Origin: Minisyncoccota bacterium
GTDB lineage: Bacteria; Patescibacteriota; Minisyncoccia; Phycocordibacterales; VMEP01
DNA length: 64,000 nucleotides
Direction of reading: 5' to 3'
NCBI GenBank assembly: GCA_041659085.1
Contig: JBAZYZ010000001.1
Coordinates: 4,884-68,883, forward strand
This document shows positions 1 to 12,762 of the stretch, piece after piece. Both the position numbers and the translations under genes were made by a program. Every line of letters begins with the position of its first letter. The stretch's first letter is position 1. Under the pieces are notes generated by a model. That model was not told where the DNA came from and searched no databases. It saw nothing but the letters and a program-made list of their open reading frames with translations.

Positions 1-2
1 CA

Positions 3-287
3 TTGGCCCTGCAGATGGAAGCAATTCAGCCAATTGTGAATAAGGATACGGTGACGGAGGTGATTAGAGAAGAAAGTAGGGCGTTTGTTTGTATTGGAGA
101 TATTGTTTCTAGGGAAGATTTAAAAAAGTTTGATGAACAGACTGATTTACTTACTAAGTTCGTTAAGGAAAGACAATTAAATACGCAAGAAAGAAAAGAA
201 TTTAGGACAGCTTTTTATGAAAAAGTTGGAAGCTACGCCTCGTTGGAGAGGTTATGCGATCTTGATTATTCAACGTTACCTAACTAG
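3..287 (+). CDS. Hypothetical protein, probably the C-terminal part of a gene starting before the window
   Basis: Open from the window edge; the stop lies 6 nt before the next ATG; no recognisable motif. Confidence 0.5.
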   Translation: MALQMEAIQPIVNKDTVTEVIREESRAFVCIGDIVSREDLKKFDEQTDLLTKFVKERQLNTQERKEFRTAFYEKVGSYASLERLCDLDYSTLPN

Positions 288-293
288 AAAATT

Positions 294-3200
294 ATGAATT
301 TGTTTTCAACAAGAAATAAAGTATTCTTGTTCGTAGCAATAACAGCATTGTCTCCATTTTTTGTTTTTGCTCAATCCCAAAATCCTATTTGTTCACGCAC
401 AGGATATACGATTGAGGCACTCAATGGAGTATTCACCAATAGGGAAGGGGCAGTTGAAAACAGTAGTGCTTTACAACGTAAGTTACCGCCCACATACCAC
501 AACGAGCCTTTAACAGTTGACTATATTCTTAACCCCTCCCACCTAGGCGGCTTGGGGGACATTGCTAAGGCTGTGGAGCAAAAAGTTTTTGATTATGAAA
601 CGGTAGAGGACTATGACCTTACGAACATGCTCATTGACGCGAGTCAAAAAGTAAAAACTCAAAAACTCCTGCTAATTGGCCATTCCCAGGGTAATTTTTA
701 TGCCAACTCCATCTATGATAAGTTGGCCGGGAAACAAGGAGGGGTTCCCAAAGAATCAATCCGTGTTTATTCCGTAGCCACGCCATCAGCGCGTGTGGCC
801 GGGGAAGGCAAATGGCTCACTTCCGATACAGACAAGATTATTTCCGGTCTCGTGGCTCGTGTTCTGGGGAGAGACATTAAAAAACCTAATATTCACATTG
901 ACCTTGGTCCTAATGGCGTAGGTCACAGTTTTTCCGAGGTGTATTTAAAGTACCAGCCCGGACGAATTATTTCCGACATTGAAGCTTCACTCCAGCAACT
1001 TAAGGAAAATGATGTTCAGAATGAAATCAGTCCGTGCTTTACTCCGCCAGATGTTACTTCCGCCTATAAAGTACAGGGAGCGTTGCTTACGGTCACGGAC
1101 TTTGCATCCGATAGAATCGCGTATGGAGTAACGTCCACCGCAAAAGTTGTTCGCGATACCGGCTTGGCGTTAGGCGGCATTGTGAATCAGACCGCATCAG
1201 CTGTACTGTCCATAACCACCGGTCGAAGCGAGAATTCCACGGACAATAACCAAAAACAAGTTGCTGCGGCGGCTGTTACTCAAAACAAAAATAACGACAC
1301 CACCGCTCCGTCCGGCGAAGACACGGCAATAGTTGATTCCGCTCTAATTTCTCCACCCGCTAACTTGGAAGCCGAACTCCCAAGTAGAGCAGGGTCGCCC
1401 AACTTGGAGGCTCAGCCTCCAAGCGTCGCGCAAACTAACAATCCTCCAACCCCGCAAATTAATTTCAGCATGTCGCCCGGGTTTGGGGGTGGTGGAGGGG
1501 GCACGCCTGCGATAGTGAATGATGTCCGGCAACAAATGGATAGTGGTGATACAGATGAGGCCACTACTGCAGCTTCCACAACTTGCGATGATTTATTGGC
1601 AACTAATTTCGGCGGTTCTTTACCATGCTTGTACCCGCCAGAAGCTCCGCTTAAACCCACAATAATTTCCCCCACAGATTTTTCCGCGCCGTTTGCCACG
1701 ACTACGCTCACGTTTGTCGGCACATCTTCGCCAGGTTTTATTATTTCAAACACTCTAACCAGCGCCACTACGACCGCAGATGGCGCAGGCGGTTGGACTC
1801 TAGTTTTTAGTAATCTTTCCGAAGGCGACATGAATATAAATTTTATCGCCACCGATTTATCCGGCGCGACTTCTACCCCAAGTCAAATTTCTTTTAATAT
1901 AGTTTTGCCGCGCCCCAATCCTCCTTTAATTTCTTCACCCACATTCCCGCTTCAGATTATGAACTCCCAATCAATTACTTTCATGGGCTCTACCACCCCC
2001 GGCTTTTCCGTATCTAACAATTACACAGACGCTACCACTACCGCCGATTCTTCCGGTTCTTGGTCTTTTTCTTTTATTAATCTTTCTGAAGGCACAACTA
2101 CAATAAGTTTTTACGCAACAGACATGACCACAAACGTGTGGCCAGCCGGACTCCAATCGGAGGCAAGAACAGTTTCGTTTAATGTTTTTAACTATTCACC
2201 CCAAGCGAGCGGTCCATCAGTCGGTGAGTGCGCGTATTCCCTGACACCCTACCCTGACTGCTATCTTCCTGCCGGACAGGCCACTCTTTCGTGGGCAGTA
2301 AATTCCCCAAATTATAGATATTTTGAAATCATGCGGGGCACTTTTAGCTTTACCACGGGGCGGACAGCCTATTCTCTTTTTGCCACGACTACCGCGACTT
2401 CAACGGTAATACAAACAACAGAGACGGATTCCTCGTATGTTTTTCAGGTACGTAGTGTTGATATTTTCGGGACGATTCAAGACGCGAATAGTCAGGTTAC
2501 TTTTTATATGGCCCATTCCCCGCCAGTTTCCATAACTGAAGTCGCCTGGGCTGGTACAGCCGCCTCACCGGGAGACCGGTGGATTGAATTGAAAAACAAT
2601 TTTGACTTTGGCATTGACCTTTCTCTTTTCCGGCTTACTTCCGACTCAGGCTTAAACAGAGTTCTTTCTGGAATCATACCCGGACTCGGCTACGCAATCA
2701 TTGATTTGAGCCAGGATGGGCGCGCCTTAACGGGCGTTTCTACCGCTTCAACTTCCGTACCGTATTTTCTCTCTGCAAGCGGCGATGTCCTCTACTTGAT
2801 ATACGACGGGGGAGTTTCCACTACAACTATTGATCAAACACCACCGGTCGCAGGTTGTGGCGGCTGGTGCGGCGGTTCCACTTCCAACTACATGACCATG
2901 GAAAGACGGCAGGTGGAAACCGCCGGCTCAGATAAAAATAATTGGCTGTCAAACAACGCCACTACTGTAAATGGTGGAGATAGAAACGGTGCCGCCATAA
3001 ACGGCACGCCTGGCACGCAAAATAGCGTGTCAATGGGAGGAGTCGGTTTCTATTGCTCACCCTACAGGACGAGTTTTGTGGAAGGAGGAATTTATTTGCC
3101 AAACGTGTCCTCGTCTGGTTATGCGGACTGCTTCTTTTTGTCTCCGGGTTTGTCCGGTCTTCGGGTCGGAGGTCTCTATAAGGGAGTATTGGGGAACTCA

Positions 3201-3437
3201 ACATACCTTGATGGGTGGTATAACAATGGTGATCAAAATGCATCCCGCCATCAAAGTTTAAATATTGGCCAGCCTAATTTAGGCGACAATTATTTCTCTG
3301 TCGTCAGAGAGCTCCATAATCCTTCTATCAGCGCCGAGGAAAGAGCGTCCTTTGATGATTTCTTTACCGGGTCAAACGGTGTTGTTTCTCCGCCGTACTC
3401 AAATTACGAAATCATAAATTGGAAGTACGGGTTGTAG
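294..3437 (+). CDS. Large secreted/surface protein: N-terminal alpha/beta-hydrolase domain, Thr/Ser-rich Ig-like repeats, lamin-tail domain (LTD)
   Basis: Signal peptide; GHSQG nucleophile elbow; two repeats ending TTTAD..G.W; ITEVAWAGT...DRWIELKN LTD-type motif. Confidence 0.75.
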   Translation: MNLFSTRNKVFLFVAITALSPFFVFAQSQNPICSRTGYTIEALNGVFTNREGAVENSSALQRKLPPTYHNEPLTVDYILNPSHLGGLGDIAKAVEQKVFDYETVEDYDLTNMLIDASQKVKTQKLLLIGHSQGNFYANSIYDKLAGKQGGVPKESIRVYSVATPSARVAGEGKWLTSDTDKIISGLVARVLGRDIKKPNIHIDLGPNGVGHSFSEVYLKYQPGRIISDIEASLQQLKENDVQNEISPCFTPPDVTSAYKVQGALLTVTDFASDRIAYGVTSTAKVVRDTGLALGGIVNQTASAVLSITTGRSENSTDNNQKQVAAAAVTQNKNNDTTAPSGEDTAIVDSALISPPANLEAELPSRAGSPNLEAQPPSVAQTNNPPTPQINFSMSPGFGGGGGGTPAIVNDVRQQMDSGDTDEATTAASTTCDDLLATNFGGSLPCLYPPEAPLKPTIISPTDFSAPFATTTLTFVGTSSPGFIISNTLTSATTTADGAGGWTLVFSNLSEGDMNINFIATDLSGATSTPSQISFNIVLPRPNPPLISSPTFPLQIMNSQSITFMGSTTPGFSVSNNYTDATTTADSSGSWSFSFINLSEGTTTISFYATDMTTNVWPAGLQSEARTVSFNVFNYSPQASGPSVGECAYSLTPYPDCYLPAGQATLSWAVNSPNYRYFEIMRGTFSFTTGRTAYSLFATTTATSTVIQTTETDSSYVFQVRSVDIFGTIQDANSQVTFYMAHSPPVSITEVAWAGTAASPGDRWIELKNNFDFGIDLSLFRLTSDSGLNRVLSGIIPGLGYAIIDLSQDGRALTGVSTASTSVPYFLSASGDVLYLIYDGGVSTTTIDQTPPVAGCGGWCGGSTSNYMTMERRQVETAGSDKNNWLSNNATTVNGGDRNGAAINGTPGTQNSVSMGGVGFYCSPYRTSFVEGGIYLPNVSSSGYADCFFLSPGLSGLRVGGLYKGVLGNSTYLDGWYNNGDQNASRHQSLNIGQPNLGDNYFSVVRELHNPSISAEERASFDDFFTGSNGVVSPPYSNYEIINWKYGL
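1363..1424. repeat. Two copies of a 23-bp palindromic element (ACTTGG-N11-CCAAG) within the CDS
   Basis: 1363 ACTTGGAAGCCGAACTCCCAAGT and 1402 ACTTGGAGGCTCAGCCTCCAAGC; encode NLEAELPS and NLEAQPPS. Confidence 0.75.
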
Positions 3438-3515
3438 CGGCAGGCTTCACTTTTCCCGGCATGGGAGTAGAATAAAAACAGAGTTTGCCGCGTAACTTTA
3501 ACAGGGGGATAAGAG

Positions 3516-4007
3516 ATGAGTTTTCCCAGGGATGGCAAGAAAGAACCGCTCCTTTTGCGGAATTACCACTGTCCGCCGGTTTTTTGCGGCAGCGATTTCA
3601 GACCGCTTGCTTACAGCTCAATATGGTTCTTTAACCCGAGTGAGGTGAGGGATTGCATACGCAGGAATCCCCTCTGGCGCGATTTTTGCCTGGAGTCCAA
3701 GCCAAACTATTTCAATGTCCTCGTCACGATGCTTACCATCGTGTCTGCCATGGTTGACACGAGAAATCAAAGAAAGAAGAAGTGGGCGGGGCAGGGGGTT
3801 TGCTTCCTGGCGAGAGAATTTGCTCTTAAGCCGAATGAAGGCGGCCAGTTCATTTTGTTGCGGAACTTCCTAACAGGAGAGCGTTCCGGTGAAATAATTC
3901 CTTCTGTTATTCCGCTTATTCTGCCGCAGGCGATTCTCGCTGAGACGAAGGATGACGGGAGCAAGGTTGTCCTCGAATCCATCAACCCAAAGATAACCGG
4001 TAGATAA
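3516..4007 (+). CDS. Hypothetical orphan protein with its own promoter, SD-like sequence and terminator
   Basis: TTCACT-16-TAGAAT at 3446-3473; AGGGGG 7 nt before the ATG; terminator downstream. Confidence 0.55.
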   Translation: MSFPRDGKKEPLLLRNYHCPPVFCGSDFRPLAYSSIWFFNPSEVRDCIRRNPLWRDFCLESKPNYFNVLVTMLTIVSAMVDTRNQRKKKWAGQGVCFLAREFALKPNEGGQFILLRNFLTGERSGEIIPSVIPLILPQAILAETKDDGSKVVLESINPKITGR

Positions 4008-4023
4008 CTTGTTCCGGATAATC

Positions 4024-4053
4024 AAAAAGCCCCGCCAGGAACGGGGCTTTTTT
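4024..4053 (+). terminator. Intrinsic terminator
   Basis: AAAAAGCCCCG-loop-CGGGGCTTTTTT. Confidence 0.8.
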
Positions 4054-4123
4054 ATTTGAGTTTGTTGTAATCAGATTTAAAGGTCTTGTTTTACTAGAAA
4101 TCGCTGGCCAAAAAACTAATTTT

Positions 4124-4630
4124 ATGGAGGGAATACAAGAACGCAATAATCAGGGTGTTTGGAATTTTATTTTCGCGCTATTATATCTGGCGGTTTTTGG
4201 CTTGGGGTTGTGGTGGCTTACGCGGGTAAACGGCAAACTGCCGACCTCAATCAATCTTTTTGATTTCACACTTATTGTTCTGGCGACTTTCCGTCTGACC
4301 CGTCTTTTTGTTTATGACAAGATTACAAAATTTGTCCGCGACTGGTTTCTGGATGGGCGGGAGCTAACAACAAGCGCCGGCGATGTCTTGTTTTTGAGAG
4401 AAAAGCCCTTGGACGGTCCGCGTCGGACAATGGCTGATTTGCTCTCATGTCCGTGGTGCGCGGGTGCCTGGTTCGCGCCGCTTGTAGCTTTCTTTTATTT
4501 CCTGACCCCGTCGGCTTGGTTTGTAATTTTAGTCCTGGCAATCGCTGGCGCTGCTTCATTTATCCAGGTTCTTTCCAATATGCTCGGCTGGAGGGCGGAG
4601 TATCTGAAGCGGGAGGTAAACAAAGAATAG
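4124..4630 (+). CDS. DUF1360-family membrane protein
   Basis: LATFRLTRLFVYDKIT and LLSCPWCAGAW motifs; several TM helices. Confidence 0.75.
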   Translation: MEGIQERNNQGVWNFIFALLYLAVFGLGLWWLTRVNGKLPTSINLFDFTLIVLATFRLTRLFVYDKITKFVRDWFLDGRELTTSAGDVLFLREKPLDGPRRTMADLLSCPWCAGAWFAPLVAFFYFLTPSAWFVILVLAIAGAASFIQVLSNMLGWRAEYLKREVNKE

Positions 4631-4632
4631 AT

Positions 4633-4661
4633 TTGACAGTAAGCCGGTGTTTTAGTATCTT
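4633..4661 (+). promoter_or_regulatory. Sigma70 promoter of rplJ-rplL
   Basis: TTGACA-17-TATCTT. Confidence 0.7.
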
Positions 4662-4671
4662 TGTATTTACA

Positions 4672-4732
4672 AGCTCGTAGAAAGCAGGCGGTCCGCAAGA
4701 CCTTAATCAAAGCCTGCCTAGGGTCGATACTC
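4672..4732 (+). promoter_or_regulatory. L10 ribosomal protein leader (autoregulatory RNA)
   Basis: TAGAAAGCAGGCG...TTAAT...GCCTGCCTAGG kink-turn-like pattern upstream of rplJ, as in the L10_leader family. Confidence 0.7.
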
Positions 4733-4826
4733 AACCCCGGCATTAAGCCGGGTGCTTGTACGACTCCATCCGGAGTCGTTTCAAATTTTTGGTAAATTAA
4801 CGAGTGTAAACGAGTATAATTTAGCA

Positions 4827-4883
4827 ACCCTGTTAAATAATTTTGTTACCGCAAAATTAGACCAAGGGTCTATTTAACAGGGT
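4827..4883. repeat. REP-like palindromic element in the rplJ leader
   Basis: 13-bp IR ACCCTGTTAAATA/TATTTAACAGGGT enclosing two small hairpins. Confidence 0.6.
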
Positions 4884-4922
4884 GATGATTTTAATAGTCG
4901 TTTCACTCCTTAAAAATCAATC

Positions 4923-5423
4923 ATGGCCATTACAAAACAAAAGAAAGTAGAAATCGTGGACAAGTTCAGGAAAGCCGTTTCAGGTGCTGTCTCTTTGGTG
5001 TTTGTTAATTTCCACGGCCTTACCGTGGTTGATTCAACGAAACTTAGGAAGGTTCTTAAGTCCAAATCAATCGGCTATACGGTCGGCAAAAAAACACTCA
5101 TCAAGAGAGCTTTGGATGAAACCAAAACTGAAGGCGAACTGCCGGAGCTTGGCGGAGAAGTAGCCCTAGTTTACGGGAATGACCCTATAGAACCCGCGCG
5201 CGAAATATATTCTTTCTTGAGGGAGCACAAAGACAAGATGAAAATCTTGGGTGGTGTTTTTGAAGGAAAGTATATGAACGCCGTTGCGATGACAGAAATC
5301 GCAACCATACCGTCCAGGGAAGTTCTTTACGGCAAGTTGGTTTACATGTTCGCAAGCCCGGTTCGCGGTTTGGCAATAGCTTTAAGTGAAATAGCCAAGT
5401 CAAAAGAGGGTAACGCCGCATAG
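4923..5423 (+). CDS. rplJ: 50S ribosomal protein uL10
   Basis: FHGLTV...LRK, KKTLIKRAL, IATIPSREVLYGKL motifs. Confidence 0.97.
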   Translation: MAITKQKKVEIVDKFRKAVSGAVSLVFVNFHGLTVVDSTKLRKVLKSKSIGYTVGKKTLIKRALDETKTEGELPELGGEVALVYGNDPIEPAREIYSFLREHKDKMKILGGVFEGKYMNAVAMTEIATIPSREVLYGKLVYMFASPVRGLAIALSEIAKSKEGNAA

Positions 5424-5464
5424 GCAAAAAAGGAGACAATATTTAACAAATAATAATTAAAATT

Positions 5465-5854
5465 ATGTCAGAAGAAACAAAAGTTGAAGTTCCTGCAAAG
5501 TTCAAGAAACTTGTTGAGGAAATTGAAACTATGTCGGTTCTTGATTTGCACGAGTTGGTTAAAGTTCTTGAAAATAAGTTTGGCGTGTCGGCGGTTGCCT
5601 CAGCCGCTCCGGCAGCAGGCGCAGGCGAAGCGGTAGAAGAGAAAGACTCCTTTACTGTGGAGCTTACGGCCCCGGGCGAGCAGAAGATTGCCGTTATGAA
5701 GGTAGTCAAGGAAGCCCTAGGTCTTGGCCTCAAGGAAGCCAAAGATTTGGTGGATGGCGTTCCCTCGGTCCTTAAGGAAGGATTGAAGAAGGCCGAAGCA
5801 GAGGAGCTCAAGAAAAAGATTGAGGATGCCGGCGGCAAGGTTACCCTTAAGTAA
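5465..5854 (+). CDS. rplL: 50S ribosomal protein bL12
   Basis: [26 protein letters not shown] motifs. Confidence 0.98.
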   Translation: MSEETKVEVPAKFKKLVEEIETMSVLDLHELVKVLENKFGVSAVASAAPAAGAGEAVEEKDSFTVELTAPGEQKIAVMKVVKEALGLGLKEAKDLVDGVPSVLKEGLKKAEAEELKKKIEDAGGKVTLK

Positions 5855-5860
5855 CCCGCG

Positions 5861-5909
5861 ATAACCCAAACAAAAAACCGCGTTTATGGCGGTTTTTTGT
5901 TTGGGTTAT
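5861..5909. terminator. Bidirectional terminator, 21-bp perfect inverted repeat
   Basis: ATAACCCAAACAAAAAACCGC-7-GCGGTTTTTTGTTTGGGTTAT. Confidence 0.8.
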
Positions 5910-5977
5910 TCTTTTGTGATATATTTTGTTCAGTCGTTTTTTTTGAATTTGTTTTGTTCTTATGTGGGAGAAAAAAA

Positions 5978-6175
5978 TTGAAAAAAAGATGTCCTTGCGC
6001 AACATTCAAGCCGGTTAAGGTTACGGTTTCGGGCAAAGACGGAGTTTTTACATACAACAAGTGCAGTCTTTGCGGAGACGTGTGGGGTAAGCGCCCGCTT
6101 GTGAGCGATGAAGGCAGGGTGACGCTCCCTGCCGGTTATACGAGATATTTACAGAGCCACTCTTCCGGCGGGTAG
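5978..6175 (+). CDS. Small Cys-rich (Zn-ribbon-like) orphan protein
   Basis: TTG start 7 nt after GGGAG; CPC...CSLC; promoter TGaTATATT at 5917-5925; terminator at 6198-6236. Confidence 0.45.
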   Translation: MKKRCPCATFKPVKVTVSGKDGVFTYNKCSLCGDVWGKRPLVSDEGRVTLPAGYTRYLQSHSSGG

Positions 6176-6197
6176 ATTTTGGGCATTTTAGACCAAC

Positions 6198-6236
6198 AAA
6201 ACGGCGCGATTTTGTTCAAAAATCGCACCGTTTTTT
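6198..6236 (+). terminator. Intrinsic terminator
   Basis: AAAACGGCGCGATTTT...AAAATCGCACCGTTTTTT. Confidence 0.65.
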
Positions 6237-6370
6237 ATTAGCGCCGCGGGGTCGATGGGGTAAGTATCCTTTCGCGCCATAGAATCAAGGGGAGAATATA
6301 AAATCACGTCATTAAAGCGGCTATTTGGAAAAACCTTTATATTTCCCCCGTTGCGTATATAATAAAAGGC

Positions 6371-7003
6371 ATGGAAATCCTGGGTAAATTATTCGGCAGC
6401 GAGGCGCGTGTGCGTATGCTCCGGCTCTTCTTTTTGAATCCCGATACCATTTTTGACGCGGGGGATATTGCGCAAAAAACAAAAACAAAACCGGCTGTTG
6501 TCCGCCGCGAGATTTCAGTCATCCAGTCAGTCGGTATTATCAGGCGCTGCTCCTTTCCAAAAGAAATTAACAGGGTCGGTAAAATCACAAAATCCAATAA
6601 GGGCAAGAAGAAAATAACGGCGGGCTGGTGTCTCGATAAGACATTTAGTCACGGCGACCATTTAAGGAATCTGCTTGTAAGCGCAAGCTTTTTTAAAAAG
6701 AACGATATTCTCAGCAAATTTAAGAATGCCGGCAGGATAAAACTTCTGGTTATTTCCGGAATCTTTATCAAAGATGAAAACAGTCGAATTGACATTTTTA
6801 TAGTCGGAGACGGGCTGAAGAAGGGGGCGATTGACAGCATACTACGTTCTTTTGAGGCGGAGGCGGGCAAGGAACTGCGTTATTCGGTTTTGGATACCAA
6901 GGAGTTTAAATACCGTCTGGATATGTACGACAAATTTGTCCGTGATATTTTGGATTACCCGCACGAGACTATAATTGACCGCTTGGGTACCGGGATTTTC
7001 TAG
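6371..7003 (+). CDS. Conserved CPR-type protein: N-terminal winged HTH plus degenerate minimal nucleotidyltransferase-like domain
   Basis: LGKLFGSEARVRMLRLFF HTH start; SG...SRIDIFIVGD; ELRYSV. Confidence 0.65.
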   Translation: MEILGKLFGSEARVRMLRLFFLNPDTIFDAGDIAQKTKTKPAVVRREISVIQSVGIIRRCSFPKEINRVGKITKSNKGKKKITAGWCLDKTFSHGDHLRNLLVSASFFKKNDILSKFKNAGRIKLLVISGIFIKDENSRIDIFIVGDGLKKGAIDSILRSFEAEAGKELRYSVLDTKEFKYRLDMYDKFVRDILDYPHETIIDRLGTGIF

Positions 7004-7028
7004 GGTTAAAAAACCCTTCTCCAGCCGT

Positions 7029-7061
7029 GCCCCGACAGTAAGTAATACTTACTGTCGGGGT
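7029..7061. repeat. Perfect palindromic hairpin (REP-like)
   Basis: CCCCGACAGTAAGTA-A-TACTTACTGTCGGGG. Confidence 0.65.
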
Positions 7062-7399
7062 AGAGTGAATTTGGTCTGCCTGTGAATACACGTAGACAGG
7101 CGATTTTTACGCTTTAGCGCGCTGCCAAAATCTGTTACGGGATATCCACATGTTTCCTTTCAAAAACGCTTGCAAATGTTAAAATATAAGTAACTTTAAG
7201 GGTCGAACTTAAAGTTGTTACGCGTAGGAACTTTGGCGCTATTTGCCATTTTGGAAGGCGCGCGGTGTAAAATTCACCTAGCTTTTGCCGGACAAAAACA
7301 AAAAAGCCCCAAGACTCTTTATTAGGTAATAATAGTGTTAGCTATCCGTTTTTATTCGTTGTCTATAGCATTTGAATTTAAACGGTGGTTGTATAATTT

Positions 7400-8092
7400 A
7401 TGTCTTTATTGGAAGTTTCGAGCAATGCGCTCGGTGGAGCGTTCTATAATCTTTGGGATGGAGTTATCAGTTCTGCCGTCAGCATAATTGTGGCAGTTAT
7501 TATTTTTGTTTTGGGCTGGGTCGTCGCATCCCTTGTTGAGAAGCTGATTGAGCAGCTTTTCAAGGCCATTATGGTCGATAAGGCTCTAAAAAGCGCCGGT
7601 GTTGAGGAAGCCCTCTCAAAGGGCGGAGTCAATTTGAATTCAGGAGCTTTCTTTGGAGGACTTGTTAAGTGGTTCCTCATCGTCGTGGTTTTGATGGCCT
7701 CGCTCCAGGTAGTCGGATTGACTCAGGTCAACGACTTCCTACGCGCGGTTGTAGGATATTTGCCGAACGTTATTGTAGCGGCGTTTATCTTGCTTGTTGC
7801 GGCAGTTGTTTCAAACGTTGTCGCACACATCGTCACGTCATCGTCCAAATCGGCCGGGGTTTCATCAGCCGGTTTCTTGGGCGGCATATCAAGGTGGGCT
7901 ATCTGGGTCTTTGCTTTCATGGCCGCGCTTGCGCAGCTTGGCATTGCCGGACAGCTTATGTTTATCCTCCTTCAGGGTATCGTAGCGATGCTTGCCATTG
8001 CCGGCGGTCTCGCTTTTGGTCTGGGAGGAAAAGAAGCGGCAGCCCGTTATATAGAAAAATTGCGCGAGGAGATTTCCAACAAAAGAGGCTAA
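7400..8092 (+). CDS. TM-helix-repeat membrane protein (CmpX/mechanosensitive channel TM family)
   Basis: YLPNVIVAAFIL repeat; LAFGLGGKEAAA C-terminus. Confidence 0.8.
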   Translation: MSLLEVSSNALGGAFYNLWDGVISSAVSIIVAVIIFVLGWVVASLVEKLIEQLFKAIMVDKALKSAGVEEALSKGGVNLNSGAFFGGLVKWFLIVVVLMASLQVVGLTQVNDFLRAVVGYLPNVIVAAFILLVAAVVSNVVAHIVTSSSKSAGVSSAGFLGGISRWAIWVFAFMAALAQLGIAGQLMFILLQGIVAMLAIAGGLAFGLGGKEAAARYIEKLREEISNKRG

Positions 8093-8114
8093 CAGTTCGA
8101 CTGAGTTGGATATG

Positions 8115-8160
8115 TTTTAATAAGAAAAACGCCCCGATTGGGGCGTTTTTCTTATTAAAA
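8115..8160. terminator. Bidirectional terminator, 21-bp inverted repeat
   Basis: TTTTAATAAGAAAAACGCCCC-GATT-GGGGCGTTTTTCTTATTAAAA. Confidence 0.8.
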
Positions 8161-8362
8161 AGAGGCAAGGTGACCCCTCTGTTTCTTGGTATTTTACGGT
8201 CTGGGGACATAAAACGCTCTCTGTTTGACCCTGTGGCAGATTTTGGCGATGCGCCATGATGGTGTTGTTGATTTAGCGGTATTTATCTGTGAGTTTTACT
8301 ACCTTGTTTTTGGACATATTTCCGAGTGTTTTAAAGCCTTTCCGCCAAAGTTTACCGCGGGG

Positions 8363-8390
8363 TTGACATCGCTTTTCTTTCATATATACT
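8363..8390 (+). promoter_or_regulatory. 23S rRNA promoter
   Basis: TTGACA-16-TATACT; 16-bp spacing is typical of rRNA promoters. Confidence 0.8.
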
Positions 8391-8404
8391 GTTCAAATCT
8401 AAGT

Positions 8405-8446
8405 ATGTTTATTAACGAAAAACTAACCAACCGGCGTTTCAAATAA
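8405..8446 (+). CDS. Putative 13-aa leader peptide MFINEKLTNRRFK
   Basis: ATG about 8 nt after the predicted TSS; the 3' end overlaps a predicted antiterminator stem. Confidence 0.5.
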   Translation: MFINEKLTNRRFK

Positions 8447-8496
8447 AGCCTTTTGTTAGGTTTTGTCTGAAACCGCCACAAGGCGGTTTTTTAGTT
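8433..8496 (+). promoter_or_regulatory. Putative transcription attenuator (antiterminator 8433-8477 versus terminator 8470-8492)
   Basis: AAACCGCC-ACAA-GGCGGTTTTTT terminator; GGCGTTTCA (8433-8441) pairs with TGAAACCGCC (8468-8477), mutually exclusive with the terminator. Confidence 0.6.
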
Positions 8497-8718
8497 GTAA
8501 ACGTCTTAGCGTGTTCGTTGAAAATCGAATCCTGTTACCCGGTATATCCCAATTGTTATCTGGGGTCTGATTACCGGAGTAAACAGAATGTGAGACCTCG
8601 TTTCCCTGATTGTAGGGGAAATGAGATGGCGTGACTGAAGGAAGCGGTTCCGGATGTCGCGCAGCTTGCCCGAATTAATTTATTTAAGGCGGGTGAGTGC
8701 AATGGTTCTACATTTCCT

Positions 8719-12365
<3,647 letters not shown>

Positions 12366-12473
12366 GAAATGTGCGAACCATTGCAAAAATACAATTAAAA
12401 AGAGTCGCGGAAAAAATTCCGCGCCTCGCACAAGCGCGTGACGCGCGTTTATGCGAGGCGCGAAAGTGTTTTG

Positions 12474-12549
12474 GGGTCTGTAGCTCAGTTGGGAGAGCGC
12501 TACGATGGCATCGTAGAGGTCACCGGTTCGATCCCGGTCGGGTCCACCA
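12474..12549 (+). tRNA. tRNA-Ala(GGC)
   Basis: Cloverleaf, G3-U70, anticodon loop ATGGCAT, encoded CCA. Confidence 0.93.
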
Positions 12550-12593
12550 AAACATTTTTCGCCTCAAAGTTCGTCCCCGGCGAAAGTCGGCGA

Positions 12594-12666
12594 GTGGCCA
12601 TAGCTCAGCCTGGCAGAGCATCGGGCTCATACCCCAATGTCCTTGGTTCAAATCCAAGTGGCTACT
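12594..12666 (+). tRNA. Atypical tRNA-Met(CAT)-like gene
   Basis: GTGGCCA/TGGCTAC acceptor stem, GGG/CCC anticodon stem, loop CTCATAC, T-loop TTCAAAT; paired 1-72, no CCA. Confidence 0.6.
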
Positions 12667-12688
12667 CGGTTTAGATTTTTAAAAAAGT

Positions 12689-12762
12689 CGGGGTGTAGCT
12701 CAGCCCGGTAGAGCGTCTCCTCGGGGAGGAGAATGTCGGGGGTTCGAATCCCTTCACCGCGA
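12689..12762 (+). tRNA. Atypical tRNA-Pro(GGG)-like gene
   Basis: CGGGGTG/CACCGCG acceptor stem with G3-G70 mismatch; loop TCGGGGA (C33); ends ACCC. Confidence 0.6.

Noticed and set aside
7142-7150. DnaA-box-like ATATCCACA (also TTATCCCCA near 33448)
   Set aside because: Single imperfect boxes with no cluster and no dnaA nearby.
8625-8665. GAAGGAAGCGG resembling the SRP RNA motif
   Set aside because: The partner CAGG strand and helix are missing; it is likely part of the 23S leader.
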